A stretch of DNA of 8,587 nt from Amoeboradix gromovi X-113 (Eukaryota; Fungi; Sanchytriomycota), in NCBI GenBank assembly GCA_018985225.1, contig JADGIF010000438.1, forward strand, positions 1-8,587. Reading direction: 5' to 3'. The notes under the pieces were generated by a model. It was not told the origin of the DNA. It did no database searches and saw nothing but the letters and a program-made list of their open reading frames with translations. This document shows positions 6,169 through 8,587 of this stretch, one piece after another (within the stretch, counting starts at the first letter, position 1; every line of letters begins with the position of its first letter). The position numbers and the translations under genes are program-made.

Positions 6169-8587
6169 CTATATTAGTTTGAACTACCATAAATCTGTCT
6201 TCCTCTTCTGTAAAGTTTTTTCTCCCACTGCTTTGCGGAAGTCTAAGTTGGACCATTGGATACTTATAGCTTTCTACAATTGCTTTTAGTCGCGATTGTA
6301 CTTCTTCATTCTTTCGTATTTTGTCTTCTCCCTTCTCAATTTGTTTGCTAATCTTTTCAAAATCACTCAATTCATTCCATCTCTCAAAGAAGACTTCGTG
6401 GTATCTCTTAACTTCTTCTTCTGTCTTATTCAATTTCTGCATGTCAGTACATATCTCAAGAATCGATTTTCTACCATATCGCTCGCACGCTTTAATGAAC
6501 GACTTAAAATCTCTCACACCCCAATCTTTAAACCCATAATTCATCAACTTATCCATTTCTTCAATCTCTTCTTTCTTCAAAGGCCTAGCTGTGTCAATTG
6601 CTGCCTGAGCCGCTTTAATAAGCTCTAAGTCCTGTTCCTCGTCCTCATCATTATGAACCGGTATCTTATAATTACACTCCCTTTGGTAGTTTAATGTCTC
6701 CATTTTCAGTAACTCAAGAACCCGAGTTGGATAAAACTGAAATTCCAATAATTCAGGCTGATTAGGCGGTTTTGGAGCTTGGTGAACGCGAGATTGTTGA
6801 GAATACTGTTTTCTTTCTCTTTTGGCAGGTTCATAACTCAATCCTGCTTCTCCTGCACCTCTTTTCCCTGCAAACTGTACTGCATCCAAGCTGCTTTCCA
6901 ATCTAAGCAGGTCTTCGATTCCCACATTCTCAAACTTTTGATTTAGCTTATTTGTTTTTTCTTCACCATTCTTGAGTACATCATCAATGTCTTCATCCAT
7001 AATAATCGCATGATCAGTAAATACCTCTGTAGCACCATGTTGGATCATGGCTAGATAGTCATTCTCATGTTCTTTTTTGTTGTGATGCAAACCGCCCTGT
7101 TGAATTACCATCTTATCAAGCTGTAGCTTCTGCTGAGCACGTTCAAGTATTTTTTCATCTATTGCATTCTCCGTCACCAATTTATATACAAAAACCTGCT
7201 TGGTTTGTCCTATTCTATGGGCTCTGTCCTCGGCTTGCAAATCTACTTGAGGATTCCAGTCTGAATCGTACATAATAACAACATTAGCACTGGTCAAATT
7301 GATGCCTAATCCCCCTGCACGAGTAGTCAACAAAAACACGAACTTTTCCTCATTCTCATCATTAAAAGAGTCTATAGCATCAATTCTATCTTCATGTGCT
7401 GTCTGTCCGTCAATCCTACAATACTGATATTTCCTAAACAAACAGTAATCCTCTAAAATATCCAACATTCTAGCCATTTGGCTAAACACTAATACCTTTT
7501 GTCCATTAGCCTTGAACTTACTTAACAACTTATCTAAAAGTTTCAATTTGGCACAATTATCTATTAAATGCTCATCAGTTGTGTATGGAGGACCAGGCTC
7601 TGCTCCTTGAAATAAGTATGGATGATTAGTGCATTTACGAAGCTGCATCACAATGTTTAATAAACGTGTTTTCTTTTCTTTTTTACTGCCGACAACACCA
7701 TTTACAGCGTCAATGTTTTTTTCTAAAATAGCGCGGTACCATTTCTTCTGCATCGACGTCATCTTAACATACAAGTTCATTCTCTTCTTTGGAGGAAGAG
7801 AGTGCTCCACATCAGCCTTTAATCGTCTCAGCATAAAAGGGCGAAGGATCTTATGAAGCTGCTTAATTTTATCACCTTCGTCCCCCTCTCCATTTAATAC
7901 CCAGCTCTCAAACTTCTCAGAGTCATCAAAAATGTCATCCATTAAGAAGTACAAGAGCGCCCACAATTCTTTTAGGTTATTTTGGAGCGGAGTACCAGTT
8001 AGTAACAGCTTAAACTTGGCCCTAAAACCTCGAGTAATGGTACTTAATTGCGATTCAGCATTTTTAATTCTATGTGCCTCATCGATAATGAGACAGTGCC
8101 ATGGCATTTTACCAAAAACAGTTTTTTCTCGTAAAACAATCTCATAAGAAGTAATACATACATCAAAATTGCGCTCCTTTAACCTGTTTTCAATCAAGTT
8201 GGCTCTAGTTTCCTTATCACCATGCAAGACAAAAACATCAATTTCGGAAAACTTTTTGAATTCCTTTTGCCAATTATCAAGAGTAGATTTAGGCGCGATT
8301 ACCAAATGGACACCCTCAATTTCTTTGATGTACTTCAAATACCCAATTAAACTAATACTTTGGATTGTTTTACCTAAACCCATCTCATCAGCTAAAATAC
8401 CATTAATTTGATGATTGTACAAATTGACTAGCCAGTTTAATCCATGCACTTGATAATCCTTCAGGGTTCCTTTGATGAAAGCGGGAGATTCCTCCAAGAA
8501 ATCCTCATCAATTTCAACATCGTTGTCATCGAATGTCGCATTGAATCTGGCCCCTTTATCACTTCTACTTCCCTTTTTTGCGCCTAT
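5950..8587 (-). CDS. ISWI: ISWI-family (Isw1/Isw2/SNF2H-like) chromatin-remodelling ATPase; 5'-partial; join(8587..6188, 6168..5950); 872 aa visible after splicing
   Basis: Snf2 motifs GILADEMGLGKT, LIIDEAHRIKN (DEAH at 8072-8083), LLTGTPLQNNL, VLVFSQM, LLTTRAGGLGINL and QAEDRAHRIGQ. ISWI-specific NHPYLFQGAEPGPPYTTDEHL. HAND-SANT-SLIDE region: EFQFYP, GFKDWGVRDFKSFIKACERYGR, KNFTEEEDRF, MRFDWFLKSRSTLEIQRRCTT. The frame stays open from the track's TTG at 8497 to the window edge (IGAKKGSRSDKGARFNATFDDNDVEIDEDF-LEESP), so the true start is upstream. Stop is TAA at 5952-5950. Confidence 0.95.
6169..6187 (-). other. 19-nt phase-0 spliceosomal (GT-AG) intron in ISWI
   Basis: The minus strand reads GAC AGA TTT ATG|GTAGTTCAAACTAATATAG|CTG ATT TCT TTG GCT AAG CAT GGA. 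It has a GT donor, a CTAAT branch motif (6177-6173) and a TAG acceptor. Removal restores the frame and gives EEEDRFMLISLAKHGY, colinear without gaps with the recalled SNF2H EEEDRFLICMLHKLGF. Confidence 0.85.

Noticed and set aside
6152-6190. ISWI as a frameshifted pseudogene, sequencing error or programmed ribosomal frameshift
   Set aside because: A 1-nt indel or frameshift would leave about 6 extra residues in a conserved helix. The surplus sequence is exactly bounded by GT..AG with a branch motif, and both flanking exons are otherwise intact.
456-8411. Plus-strand ORFs of 60-110 aa in the track (456, 1594, 1960, 3304, 4705, 5833, 6296, 6321, 7629, 7932, 8169)
   Set aside because: All are antisense to ATM or ISWI, are Ser/Leu/Phe/Ile-rich shadow frames and show no recognisable motifs.
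444-8587. Non-standard genetic code (stop-codon reassignment)
   Set aside because: About 2700 codons read without in-frame TAA/TAG/TGA. TGA ends ATM at the conserved FATC end, and TAA ends ISWI.
444-8587. ISWI-ATM adjacency as a functional DNA-damage gene cluster
   Set aside because: A single adjacency in a gene-dense eukaryotic genome is not evidence. It would need conserved synteny across distant taxa.

Overview
AT-rich (roughly one-third GC by eye, not counted) eukaryotic nuclear DNA from a very compact, intron-poor genome using the standard genetic code. Two large minus-strand genes lie head-to-tail only 40 bp apart. The first is a 5'-truncated ISWI-family chromatin-remodelling ATPase (join 8587..6188, 6168..5950). 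The second is a complete but unusually short ATM/Tel1 PIKK kinase (5909..444, 1821 aa, no intron needed). The ORF track splits ISWI in two. The break is best explained by a 19-nt GT-AG spliceosomal intron (6187..6169, GTAGTTCAAACTAATATAG) with a CTAAT branch motif. Removing it restores the SLIDE domain without a gap, which puts this organism in the size range of the smallest known spliceosomal introns. Positions 1-200 may hold the 3' end of a convergent plus-strand gene with a second (21-nt) tiny intron, at low confidence. I saw no RNA genes, CRISPR arrays or mobile elements. The organism cannot be identified from this window alone.
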